Below, piece by piece: positions 18,064 through 27,203 of a stretch of 64,000 nucleotides of DNA. Under the pieces are notes generated by a model. The model did no database searches and was not told where the DNA came from. It saw nothing but the letters and a program-made list of their open reading frames with translations. The DNA comes from Actinomycetota bacterium (lineage in GTDB: Bacteria > Actinomycetota > Actinomycetes > Mycobacteriales > SCTD01): assembly GCA_033851845.1 (NCBI GenBank), contig JAWWOH010000104.1:30922-94921 (forward strand), in the 5' to 3' direction. The position numbers were made by a program, and so were the translations under genes. How positions within the stretch are numbered: the first letter of the stretch is position 1; each line of letters starts with the position of its first letter.

Positions 18064-18531
18064 GTGCATCCGAATGTGACCCGCGTCGCCGAGATCCTGT
18101 GCGCGGCGGGCGCGGCGGGAGAGCCCGTCCAGCTGGCGGACTCGGCCCGGACCGCCGCCGAGGCAGCCGCGGCGCTTGGCTGCGAGGTCGGCGCCATCGC
18201 GAGCTCGCTCGTCTTCACCGCCGATGGTGCCCCGCTGCTCGTGATCACCAGCGGTGCGCACCGGGTCGACACCGAGCACGTCGCCCGGCTGATCGGTGTC
18301 GACCGCATCAGGCGGGCCGACGCCGACCTGGTGCGCCGGGCGACCGGCTACGCCATCGGCGGCGTCGCGCCGGTCGGCCACCCCGCTCCGCTGCGCACCC
18401 TCGTCGACGTCGCCCTCGCCGACCACGACGTGGTGTGGGCCGCGGCCGGGCACTCGCACGCGGTCTTCCCGACGTCGTACGACGAGCTCGTCCGACTCAC
18501 CGGCGGGACGCCCGTCCAGGTCGAGCCGTGA
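18064..18531 (+). CDS. YbaK/EbsC-type aminoacyl-tRNA deacylase domain protein
   Basis: In-frame GTG at 18064. AIASSLVF..., GYAIGGVAPVGH, typical of YbaK/ProX trans-editing domains. Confidence 0.8.
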   Translation: MHPNVTRVAEILCAAGAAGEPVQLADSARTAAEAAAALGCEVGAIASSLVFTADGAPLLVITSGAHRVDTEHVARLIGVDRIRRADADLVRRATGYAIGGVAPVGHPAPLRTLVDVALADHDVVWAAAGHSHAVFPTSYDELVRLTGGTPVQVEP

Positions 18532-19055
18532 CAGTGCTCGCCGACTGGGACCGTGAAGAGCTGGGCCGTCGCCGGGACGAGCTTCTCGACGTGTACGCCG
18601 AGGCCATGGCGGTGTCGACGTCCGCCGCCCGGGCGCGCCGCCCGATCATCAGCGCGCACCTGGACCGACCCGGCCTTCGGGCGGTTGCGGCGACGACCGA
18701 GGACGGGCTGGTCGGGGTCGCCTACGGCTACCTCGGCGAGCCCGGCCAGTGGTGGCACGACCAGGTCCGTGCGGCGTTGTCACCGGCGGTGGCCGCCGAC
18801 TGGCTGGTCGGGGCGTTCGAGGTGTGCGAGCTGCACGTCCGGCCGGCCTGGCAAGGCCAAGGGCTCGGCCGGGCGCTTCTCGACCGCCTGCTGGCCGGGC
18901 CGCCGGCATCGACGGCGGTCCTCACGACACCCGACAAGGAGACCCGCGCGCGCGGCTTCTACCGCGACGCCGGCTGGGTCGACCTGTTGCCCGGCCTGAT
19001 GTTCCCGGGCGACCCGCGGGCGTTCGCCGTACTCGGGAAGCGACTGGCCGCATGA
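18528..19055 (+). CDS. GNAT family N-acetyltransferase
   Basis: GTG overlaps the upstream stop (GTGA). ELHVRPAWQGQGLGRALLDRLL acetyl-CoA motif. Confidence 0.8.
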   Translation: MTVLADWDREELGRRRDELLDVYAEAMAVSTSAARARRPIISAHLDRPGLRAVAATTEDGLVGVAYGYLGEPGQWWHDQVRAALSPAVAADWLVGAFEVCELHVRPAWQGQGLGRALLDRLLAGPPASTAVLTTPDKETRARGFYRDAGWVDLLPGLMFPGDPRAFAVLGKRLAA

Positions 19056-19483
19056 AGGAGATGTACGAGGTGCTGCTCGTCGATGGCGGCACCCGCTGGC
19101 ACGCCGGCTGGGTCATCGAGAAGGACGCCGACCTCCTGCTGCACATCGGCAGTGGCATTCCCGTGTGGAGCAGTCGGGCCGGACTCGAGCACCACGCGCA
19201 GGAGCACGGCTTCGACCTCGTCGAGGACCTGCCCGACGAAATCGACCTCGACCTCGGCGGGTGGCTGTCGACCGGCGCGCCGCAGCCGACGACGGCTGAG
19301 GTGTCCGAGCTGTGGCACCTGCTGATCGACGACCCGGCCGGCCGTGAGCTGGCCCGGCTCGAGGACGCCTACGACGACCTCACCGACGACGAGCCCGACT
19401 GGTTCGAGCAGCACGGTGACACGTCGCGACGGGCGCTCGGTGCAGCGGTCGCGAAGCTCCGGAGCACCCTTCGCCCGATGTGA
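19052..19483 (+). CDS. acidic 143-aa protein, function unknown
   Basis: ATGA overlap with the GNAT gene. G/C-ending codons, very Asp/Glu-rich. Confidence 0.6.
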   Translation: MKEMYEVLLVDGGTRWHAGWVIEKDADLLLHIGSGIPVWSSRAGLEHHAQEHGFDLVEDLPDEIDLDLGGWLSTGAPQPTTAEVSELWHLLIDDPAGRELARLEDAYDDLTDDEPDWFEQHGDTSRRALGAAVAKLRSTLRPM

Positions 19484-19598
19484 CGTCGCTTACGTCGCCG
19501 CGTCGGCGACCGCAAATGTCACGCGCCTCACACCGCGCCGTGACCACACGGCGGCATTCCGCGACGAACCTGGTGGTTGGACCAACCAGGAGGCAGTC

Positions 19599-19727
19599 AT
19601 GACCACCCGCCGACTTCGCAGCCGCATCGCGGCCCGCCGCAACTACCGCGCCTTCGAGCGCGCCCTCGAGAAGGCGCAGCGCTACGGCGGCGCCGGAGAT
19701 CTCGTCGCGCAGTACCGCCGGCTGTAG
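19599..19727 (+). CDS. small basic protein (42 aa), function unknown
   Basis: AGGAGG lies 5 nt before the ATG. MTTRRLRSRIAARRNYRAFERALEKAQRYGGAGDLVAQYRRL. 38 of 42 codons end in G/C. Confidence 0.45.
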   Translation: MTTRRLRSRIAARRNYRAFERALEKAQRYGGAGDLVAQYRRL

Positions 19728-19732
19728 ATCCC

Positions 19733-20473
19733 CTACCTCAGTGACCAGCGCACGGTCACCGAGACGCTGATCTGCGACTGCCCCGCGTCGATCGGGACCT
19801 CGGCCGACTTCGCCGCGTCCCCGGCGAGTGCCTGCGACATCGCGTAGGGCATCGGCTGCTCGCCTTGCGGCACCTGCTCGCTGACCAGCTCCACCTGGTT
19901 GAGCGCCCGGCCGGAGAGCTCCGCGTACCGGTCCGCCTTCAGCCGCGCGTCGTGGTACGCCGCGTCGCGCGCCTGCTGCAACAGCGTCGCGTTGTCCTCC
20001 AGGGCGAATGACACACCCTGGACCCGAGCGGCATTGCCCCCGGCCGTGACGGCGTCGCCGATCGTCTTGCCGGCCTTGCCGAGGTTGCGCAGCTTGAGCG
20101 TCAGCGACTCGTTGACCGTGTAGCCGTTCGGCACACCCTTGTTGCTGTACGACGGGTACAGGGACACGTCGGCGGTCTGCATGTCCTTCGCATCGACGCC
20201 GTCATGTCGCGCAGCTGCCCGGACGCGGTTCTGGATCTCGTTGGCGTCGGCGAGCGCAGCGGAGACATCGGCTCGCCTGACCTCGACGGCAAGCTGGACG
20301 CGGAGCACGTCCGGCGTACCACTGACCTTGCCGAGCCCGGAGACGATGACGCCCTCCGCAGCGGGCTCACCTGCCGCAGCCCTGGCGGCGGGCGGCTGCC
20401 GCACCGAGCCGACCAGGTAGCCGACACCGACCACGACGGCGAGCGGGATGACGAGCAGAGCGGTACGGCGCAT
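19733..20473 (-). CDS. SIMPL (DUF541) domain secreted protein
   Basis: MRRTALLVIPLAVVV signal/anchor and the characteristic C-terminal ...QISVSVTVRW. Confidence 0.8.
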   Translation of the reverse strand: MRRTALLVIPLAVVVGVGYLVGSVRQPPAARAAAGEPAAEGVIVSGLGKVSGTPDVLRVQLAVEVRRADVSAALADANEIQNRVRAAARHDGVDAKDMQTADVSLYPSYSNKGVPNGYTVNESLTLKLRNLGKAGKTIGDAVTAGGNAARVQGVSFALEDNATLLQQARDAAYHDARLKADRYAELSGRALNQVELVSEQVPQGEQPMPYAMSQALAGDAAKSAEVPIDAGQSQISVSVTVRWSLR

Positions 20474-20521
20474 GACGGCCTCCACGGCAGGGACTGGTGC
20501 CGGTAGGACGCAGCGGAGGGG

Positions 20522-21412
20522 CTAGCGGTTCACGGTCGACAGAGACAGCCGGTCCCAGATCTCGCGCGTCGCGGTCGACCGGTTGAGGGTGATGAAGTGC
20601 AGGCCTGGCGCGCCCTCGGCGAGCAGCCGCTCGCACATCGCCGTAGCCCAGTCGACACCGATCGCGCGCACCGCCGCGGGGTCGTCCTCGACGGCGTGCA
20701 GCTTCTCGGCCAGCTCGGGCGGGAACGCCGCACCGGACAGGATGGCGAAGCGCTCGATCTGGCTGACGTTGGTGACCGGCATGATCCCCGGGATGATCGG
20801 CGCGTCGCAGCCGTGCTTTCCGACGCGGTCGCGCAGCCGCAGCCAGTCGTCGACGTAGAAGAACATCTGGGTGATGGCGAAGTCGGCCCCGGCCCGGCAC
20901 TTCTGCACCAGGAACTTCGCGTCGGTCTCCTGGTCGGGCGAGCGCGGGTGCTTCTCGGGGAACGCCGCGACGCCCACCGTGAAGTCACCGTGCTCCTTGA
21001 TGAGCCGCACGAGCTCGTCGGCGTACTCGAGCCCATCGATGTGCTTGCGCCACTCCGCCTGCGGGTCACCCGGCGGGTCCCCGCGCAGGGCGAGCACGTT
21101 GTGCACACCGGCCGCGGCGTACTGGCCGATCACCCGGCGGAGCTCGGCGACGGAGTGGTCGACAGCCGTGAGGTGCGCCATCGGGAGCAGCGTCGTCTCG
21201 CTGCCGATCCGCTCGGTGATGTCGACGGTCGTGTCCCGGGTGGAGCCGCCGGCGCCGTACGTGATGGAGACGAAGCTCGGCCGCAGCGACTCGAGCTCGC
21301 GCAGCGACTGCCACAGCTGCCGCTCGCCGTCATCGGTGCGCGGCGGGAAGAACTCGAACGAGAACGTGGGCTCGCCGGACGACAGGAGGTCGCGGATCGA
21401 GCGGCTGGCCAT
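20522..21412 (-). CDS. metF: methylenetetrahydrofolate reductase
   Basis: 296 aa. [24 protein letters not shown]-barrel MTHFR motifs. Confidence 0.9.
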   Translation of the reverse strand: MASRSIRDLLSSGEPTFSFEFFPPRTDDGERQLWQSLRELESLRPSFVSITYGAGGSTRDTTVDITERIGSETTLLPMAHLTAVDHSVAELRRVIGQYAAAGVHNVLALRGDPPGDPQAEWRKHIDGLEYADELVRLIKEHGDFTVGVAAFPEKHPRSPDQETDAKFLVQKCRAGADFAITQMFFYVDDWLRLRDRVGKHGCDAPIIPGIMPVTNVSQIERFAILSGAAFPPELAEKLHAVEDDPAAVRAIGVDWATAMCERLLAEGAPGLHFITLNRSTATREIWDRLSLSTVNR

Positions 21413-21468
21413 GTCGGCAGGCTAGCCGCCGCGGCCCGACCTGACCCTGAACGCCTAGCCTGCGCGTC

Positions 21469-22539
21469 ATGGGGACGGGGCCGCTCGACCGCGACGACCT
21501 GCGCGAGCGGGTCGAGAAGGCGCTGTCGACCTTCCTCACCGGACAGGGCAACCGGCTCGACGCAGTCAGCCCGTCCCTGTCGTCCGTGCAGCAGGCAGCG
21601 GTCGACTTCCTGCTCACGGGTGGCAAGCGGATGCGCCCGGCCTTCTGCTACTGGGGCTACCGCGGTGCCGGCGGCGAGGGCAGCGAGGCGGCGGTCACCG
21701 CCGCCGCCTGTCTCGAGCTGCTGCAGGCGGGTGCGCTGATCCACGACGACGTCATGGACGGCAGCGACACCCGCCGAGGTCAGCCCGCCATGCACCGCCG
21801 GTTCGCGTCGATGCACCGTGACCGCACGTGGCAAGGCGACCCGGAGGCGTTCGGGCAGTCGGCGGCCGTGCTGCTGGGCGACCTGTGCCTGATCTGGGCC
21901 GACGAGATGCTCAACACCTGCGGGCTGCCGGCCGAGGCGCTGCTGCGCGCGCAGCCGGTCTACGACGAGATGCGCGTCGAGCTGATGGCCGGGCAGTACC
22001 TCGACCTGTTCGAGCAGGTGGTCGGCGAGGGGACCGTCGAGAGCGCCCTGCGGGTGGCCCGCTTCAAGTCGGCCAAGTACACGATCGAGCGACCGCTGCA
22101 CCTGGGCGCGGTGCTGGCCGGAGGCAGCGCCGCGGTGCTGGCCGGTTACTCCGGCTACGGGCTGCCGCTCGGCGAGGCGTTCCAGCTGCGCGACGACGTT
22201 CTCGGGGTCTTCGGCGACCCGAGCGAGACGGGCAAGCCGGCCGGCGACGACCTGCGCGAGGGCAAGCGCACCGCCCTTGTCGCGCTCGCGCTGCAGGCCG
22301 CCGGTCCCGCGCAGGCAGAGGTCGTACGGCGGCATCTGGGCGACCCCGCCCTCGACGACGCGGGGGTGGCCGAGCTGCGTCAGGTGATCGTCGACACAGG
22401 TGCGGTCGACCGGGTGGAGGAGCTCATCAGCGACCTGATGACGGAGGCGCTGACCGCGCTGCACGCCGCGGCCATCGACGACGACGCGCGCGACGTGCTC
22501 GAGGAGCTCGCCCTCGCCGCCACCCGCCGAACGGTCTAG
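21469..22539 (+). CDS. polyprenyl (geranylgeranyl) diphosphate synthase
   Basis: First DDxxD in LIHDDVMD, second in FQLRDDVLG. Confidence 0.9.
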   Translation: MGTGPLDRDDLRERVEKALSTFLTGQGNRLDAVSPSLSSVQQAAVDFLLTGGKRMRPAFCYWGYRGAGGEGSEAAVTAAACLELLQAGALIHDDVMDGSDTRRGQPAMHRRFASMHRDRTWQGDPEAFGQSAAVLLGDLCLIWADEMLNTCGLPAEALLRAQPVYDEMRVELMAGQYLDLFEQVVGEGTVESALRVARFKSAKYTIERPLHLGAVLAGGSAAVLAGYSGYGLPLGEAFQLRDDVLGVFGDPSETGKPAGDDLREGKRTALVALALQAAGPAQAEVVRRHLGDPALDDAGVAELRQVIVDTGAVDRVEELISDLMTEALTALHAAAIDDDARDVLEELALAATRRTV

Positions 22540-22558
22540 GCCCGGAGAAGAGCTCGGG

Positions 22559-23359
22559 TCACTCAGGCAGCACGATCATCGGGGGCTCGACCGGGCTGCT
22601 CAGGAACGGCAGCACGACCTCGGCCCCGGCCGGCCTGGCCAGGAACCAGCCCTGGCCGAACTCCACGCCGAGCTCGAGCAGCGCGACGAGCTCACCGGGT
22701 TGCTCGACTCCCTCGGCGATGACATCGGCTCCGACCCGGCCGCAGAACGCGAGCATCGCCTCGACGAGTGCCTGCCGGGACGGGTCGACGTCGACGTTGC
22801 GGATGATCGAGATGTCGAGCTTCACGAGGTCCGGCGCCAGCTGCAGGACGTGCCGCAGGCTCGAGTGCCCGGCGCCGAAGTCGTCGATGCCGATACGTAC
22901 TCCGGCGTTGCGCAGCGCCGCGAGCGCCCGCTCCAGCGCGGCGTAGTCGTGCACCGGCTCGTGCTCGGTGATCTCGACGAGCAGTCGCGCCGGCGTCGCG
23001 TCGAGCAGCAGCTCTGTCACGTCCTCACGCAGCAGGGCGCGCGGGGACAGGTTGACCGTGAGCGTCATCGACGCCGGCAACCGGTCGAGGACGTCGAGCG
23101 CCCCGCAGAGCGCGACCGTCTCGAGTGCCGGCCCCCAGCCGGCCCGGACAGCGCCCCGGAACCAGGCGGCAGGCCCGGGCTGGGGGTGGCCCGGGAAGCG
23201 GGCCAGTGCCTCCAGCCCCCACACGGCACCGCTGCGAAGTCCGATGACCGGCTGAAGGTGGATGTTGAGCCGCTCCGGGCCGCCGAGGATCTGCAGGATG
23301 TCGTCCTTCGCGGGCAACGCGCCCACGACAGGGCCGGAGTCGTCGAGCGTCATCGTCAT
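22559..23359 (-). CDS. stand-alone EAL domain protein (c-di-GMP phosphodiesterase)
   Basis: EALAR, EITEHEPV, DDFGAGHSSL, KLDISIIR, AEGVE motifs all present. Confidence 0.85.
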   Translation of the reverse strand: MTMTLDDSGPVVGALPAKDDILQILGGPERLNIHLQPVIGLRSGAVWGLEALARFPGHPQPGPAAWFRGAVRAGWGPALETVALCGALDVLDRLPASMTLTVNLSPRALLREDVTELLLDATPARLLVEITEHEPVHDYAALERALAALRNAGVRIGIDDFGAGHSSLRHVLQLAPDLVKLDISIIRNVDVDPSRQALVEAMLAFCGRVGADVIAEGVEQPGELVALLELGVEFGQGWFLARPAGAEVVLPFLSSPVEPPMIVLPE

Positions 23360-23487
23360 CGCCGCGCGCGCTCCTGGGGTCGGAGACGGGACAGGTCCCT
23401 ACTTGACCCCCAACGCGCGAGCAGCGCGGAGGTAACGGGACAAACCGCAACTTCTTGGGGCGCGCCCCACCTCGTACCCTTGTCAGG

Positions 23488-24486
23488 GTGACCACCCCAA
23501 CGATCGCGGCGAACGACCCGTGCTGGTGCGGCAGCGGCCGACGCTACAAGCGCTGCCACCGGATCGCCGACGTCGACCCCGACCGCGCCGCCGCGGAGGA
23601 GGCCCGCCGCCGCGAGCTCGAGCTGTCCGCGGAGCGCTACGTCCGGCCCGGGCGGCTGTCCCCGCGCCGGGAGGTGCCGCCGGAGATCCCGCGGCCGGCG
23701 TACGCGCTCGACAAGCACGGCCGGCCGCGCGAGCGGGACAGCGCTCGGCCGAAGGACCCGGAGACGATCGAGCTCATGCGGGTCGCCGGCCGAGCGGCTG
23801 CCGAGATCCTCGGGGTCCTCGGCGCGGCCGTGCGGCCGGGGATCACGACGGACGACCTCGACGCCCTTGCCCACGAGGAGTGCATCAAGCGGGGCGGCTA
23901 CCCCTCGCCGCTGGGCTACAACGGGTTCCCGAAGTCGGTCTGCACGTCGATCAACGAGGTGATCTGCCACGGGATCCCCGACTCGACCGTCCTGAAGGAC
24001 GGCGACATCGTCAACTGCGACGTCACCATCTTCCTGAACGGCGTGCACGGCGACACCAACGCGACGTTCCTGGTCGGTGACGTCGATGAGGAGTCACGCC
24101 GGCTGGTCGAGGTCACGCGGGAGTGCCTCGACGTCGGCATCGCTGCTGTCAAGCCGGGCAACCGTGTGCGGGACATCGGCAAGGCGATCCAGACGCATGC
24201 CGAGGCGAACGGGTTCGGCGTGGTGCGCGCGTTCGTCGGGCACGGGATCGGGCGGTCGTTCCACAGCGATCCGCAGGTCTACCACTACGACAACCCCTCG
24301 GCGCGCACGCTCCTCGAGCCCGACATGACGTTCACGATCGAGCCGATGATCACGATCGGCGACTGGCGGCACGAGATGTGGGACGACGGCTGGACGGCCG
24401 TGACCGTCGACCGATCACGCACGGCTCAGTTCGAGCACACCCTGGTCGTGACCGCCGATGGCGCGGAGATCCTCACCCGGGTCTGA
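23488..24486 (+). CDS. map: type I methionine aminopeptidase with N-terminal SEC-C zinc motif
   Basis: CWCGSGRRYKRCH followed by the MetAP core (CHGIPD, VNCDVT, HGIG, TIEP, QFEHT). Confidence 0.9.
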   Translation: MTTPTIAANDPCWCGSGRRYKRCHRIADVDPDRAAAEEARRRELELSAERYVRPGRLSPRREVPPEIPRPAYALDKHGRPRERDSARPKDPETIELMRVAGRAAAEILGVLGAAVRPGITTDDLDALAHEECIKRGGYPSPLGYNGFPKSVCTSINEVICHGIPDSTVLKDGDIVNCDVTIFLNGVHGDTNATFLVGDVDEESRRLVEVTRECLDVGIAAVKPGNRVRDIGKAIQTHAEANGFGVVRAFVGHGIGRSFHSDPQVYHYDNPSARTLLEPDMTFTIEPMITIGDWRHEMWDDGWTAVTVDRSRTAQFEHTLVVTADGAEILTRV

Positions 24487-27163
24487 GCTTCCGCCGTACG
24501 GCGAGCGCACCGACCAGGAGCAGCAGAGCGGCCAGGGCGGGGAGCCCGCTGCCTCCGGTCGCCGGCAGCTGGCCCGGAGTCGTGACCGGGCGTACGACGG
24601 GACGCGCCGGGACGGCGTCGAAGGCGACGACCTGGACCCAGCTCCCGCGATCCTCATAAGGCATCGTCCGCGACGGCCCGATGACGCCGGTCAGCGAGTC
24701 GATCGTCGACCGCGGGTGCACATCGCGCCAGCCCGCCGGGTCCGCGCCGTGTTCCTTGGTGAGACTCGCGATGGACCGATCGAGGGCGGCGAGCACGGTC
24801 GATCGCACCGATCGTCCGTGCAGGTAGCTGCGTGACAGCGGCAGCGAGCTCTTCGACGGAACGAGGTTGCGCAGCACGAGGTTGTCCGCGGGAGTCCCGT
24901 CGAAGACGTGTCCCCCTCGGTTGTCCATTGCCACCACGACCTCGTGCGGCAGGTCGGCCAGCACGACGTCGCGCAGGTCATCCATCCAGCGCCGGAAGAT
25001 GGTCGGGCCGGGTCCGTCGGTGACCGTCTCGTCGTCGTACGACGTGGAGCTGGTGCCTGCCCCGGGGCCGTAGGAACGGCCACCCCATGTACGAACCAGC
25101 GCGATGGCCTGCTTCTGGATCGCGGTCGTCCCGCTGACCCCAGCGAGGAGCGGCTGGAAGTCGGCGTAGCGGTGGTCCGTCGTACCGATCCTGAACTCCG
25201 TCGCCCGCAGCGCCGCCGGCGTGAGCTTGGGCTGCGCGGCCAGCGCGAGCTGGATCGTCTGCACCCGGACTGCCTTGCCCGCCGAGCGGCTGCTCGCCGG
25301 GTCGAGGTAGTCGTCGGCCCAGCCCTGCGCGGGCTTGTTGTTCCAGTTGGCGAGGTAGCCGACCTTCGGGTCGACGGAGTGCGGCAGCTGGTCGAAGGGC
25401 AGGAAGCCCTGCTTGTCGTACTCCCCCGTGCCGGGTGCCGGGAAGCGCGCGTCCCACAGCGGGCTGCGCTTCGGGTAGAGGCCAGGGTGCCAATAGGCGA
25501 TGTGGCCGTCGGCGCCGGCGTACATGACGTTCTCGTTCCACGTCACCTGGCGTACGCCGGCAGTGAACTGCGCGAGGTTCTTCGCGCGATCCCACTGCAG
25601 GATGCCGTTGATGTTCTCGAGCTCGCGGTGGTACATCGCGTAGTCGACCGAGCGGGCCTTGGTGCCGTCCTTGCTGTAGGCGACGACGGGACCGTGCACC
25701 GTGCGGCAGATCTCGGCGTCCTGGCTGAAGACCGGCGGGCCGAACGGGACGCCCTGCTGCGCCGCGCGGTACTTCACCGTCTCGGTCCGGCAGTCGGCGT
25801 CCTTCCACGTGCCGCGGTGGAAGTACTGCAGCTTGCCGTTCGTGCGGCGGACGGTCTCGATGAAGCTGTCGATGGTCTTCGAGTAACCGGTGGTCATCCC
25901 CCATGCGACGTTGGTGCCGTAGCCGATCGCAACAGTCGGTACGCCGGGAACGGTGACCCCGCGTGCGTCGTACCCGCCGCCGTGGACCTCCTGCTCGTAG
26001 AGCTCGGTCGGGAACGTGTAGCCGAGCTGCGGGCCGTTGACGAGCATCGGGGCGCCAGTGCTCGTGCGCTTCCCGCTGACCGTGAACATGTACGAGCCGC
26101 CGTGCAGGTTGGCCCGGAAGGCGTTCAAGCTGTCGACCATCTTCTGCAGGCTCGTCGCGACGGGAGCCGGCAGCCCGGCAGGTGTCGCCGGCTCCGGCGC
26201 CGCTCCGGTGCCGGCACCGGTAGCCAGCTCAGGAGGCAGGGCGAGCGCGTAGGCCGCGCTCTTGCGGTAGACGGCATCACGCTGCGCCGCCGGGACCGGG
26301 TCGTTGTTGGCGAAGCGGCCCTCCTCGGGCGGCACCGTGATGCTCGCCTTCTGGTCACGCTGCCAGCGGATGTCGTTGAAGGCCTTGAGGCCGGGCTCCG
26401 CACCGAGTGACTTCTGCAGCGTCCGCAGCAGCTCGACCTCGCGGAACTCCTCCCCGCCGCTCGCCGCGACGAAGCGGGTGAGCAGTACGCCGGAGGCGAG
26501 GGTGTCCTTGAGCGTCCAGTCGGCCGGCACGGTCGTGAGCAGGGCGTACTCCGCCGGCAGCTCCGTCGGGGTCACCTTCACGTGCTGGATGTAGGCGTTC
26601 AAACCGGCGACGTATGCCTTGAGCACGTTCTGGCTCTCGGTGGGGAGCGCGGCGAACATGGCGTCGTAGTCGGCGTCGCTGTAGGTGAGGGTTCGCGTCT
26701 GGATGTCGGCGGGGACCCCGGACGGTCCGACGAGCTCGGCGTAGGTGCCCTCCGCGACATGCCGCACGCCGTCGGCGAGGAAGAGCCGGTCCTCGCCGGC
26801 GCTGTAGCCCGCGGCGTACCAGGTCGCGTAAGAGGTGCCCGCGTAGATGGCCGGCGTGCCGTAGCCGTCGCGGTAGACCCGCGCGTCGCCAACGGCCTCC
26901 GGCGTATCGGACGCCTGGAACCTGCCCTCCTTGTAGCGGCCGTCCCAGTACAGGACGCGCTGGTCCTCGGTGTGCGGGCCGTAGTCGCCTGTCAGCCGCC
27001 CCTGTGCCTCGTCCGTCGCGGTGACTCTGCCGTTCTCGCCAGGCGGCAGAGCGGTGCCGATCGTCATCGGCTGGTGCGGCGGGGCGTCAGCGGCGGTGGC
27101 GGGCGCCGCCGCCGCGACGAGTGCGCACGTCGCGAGGACTGCGGCACAACGAGGAAGGCGCAC
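24473..27163 (-). CDS. penicillin-acylase-family Ntn hydrolase with LPxTG cell-wall sorting signal
   Basis: Signal peptide; putative Ser nucleophile region GGSYMFTVSG...GPQLGY. C-terminus is LPATG plus a hydrophobic stretch plus RRKLRPG. Confidence 0.85.
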   Translation of the reverse strand: MRLPRCAAVLATCALVAAAAPATAADAPPHQPMTIGTALPPGENGRVTATDEAQGRLTGDYGPHTEDQRVLYWDGRYKEGRFQASDTPEAVGDARVYRDGYGTPAIYAGTSYATWYAAGYSAGEDRLFLADGVRHVAEGTYAELVGPSGVPADIQTRTLTYSDADYDAMFAALPTESQNVLKAYVAGLNAYIQHVKVTPTELPAEYALLTTVPADWTLKDTLASGVLLTRFVAASGGEEFREVELLRTLQKSLGAEPGLKAFNDIRWQRDQKASITVPPEEGRFANNDPVPAAQRDAVYRKSAAYALALPPELATGAGTGAAPEPATPAGLPAPVATSLQKMVDSLNAFRANLHGGSYMFTVSGKRTSTGAPMLVNGPQLGYTFPTELYEQEVHGGGYDARGVTVPGVPTVAIGYGTNVAWGMTTGYSKTIDSFIETVRRTNGKLQYFHRGTWKDADCRTETVKYRAAQQGVPFGPPVFSQDAEICRTVHGPVVAYSKDGTKARSVDYAMYHRELENINGILQWDRAKNLAQFTAGVRQVTWNENVMYAGADGHIAYWHPGLYPKRSPLWDARFPAPGTGEYDKQGFLPFDQLPHSVDPKVGYLANWNNKPAQGWADDYLDPASSRSAGKAVRVQTIQLALAAQPKLTPAALRATEFRIGTTDHRYADFQPLLAGVSGTTAIQKQAIALVRTWGGRSYGPGAGTSSTSYDDETVTDGPGPTIFRRWMDDLRDVVLADLPHEVVVAMDNRGGHVFDGTPADNLVLRNLVPSKSSLPLSRSYLHGRSVRSTVLAALDRSIASLTKEHGADPAGWRDVHPRSTIDSLTGVIGPSRTMPYEDRGSWVQVVAFDAVPARPVVRPVTTPGQLPATGGSGLPALAALLLLVGALAVRRKLRPG

Positions 27164-27203
27164 TCACGCAGTCTGCGGCACGTCGTCGCCCTACCCTCAG
27201 CCG

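Noticed and set aside
21417-21463. 9-bp inverted repeat GCAGGCTAG / CTAGCCTGC in the 56-nt metF / polyprenyl-synthase divergent spacer
   Set aside because: By a rough estimate, arms of 9 bp within a few dozen nt are expected by chance about once in the roughly 3 kb of intergenic DNA here. It could be an operator, but nothing supports that beyond position.
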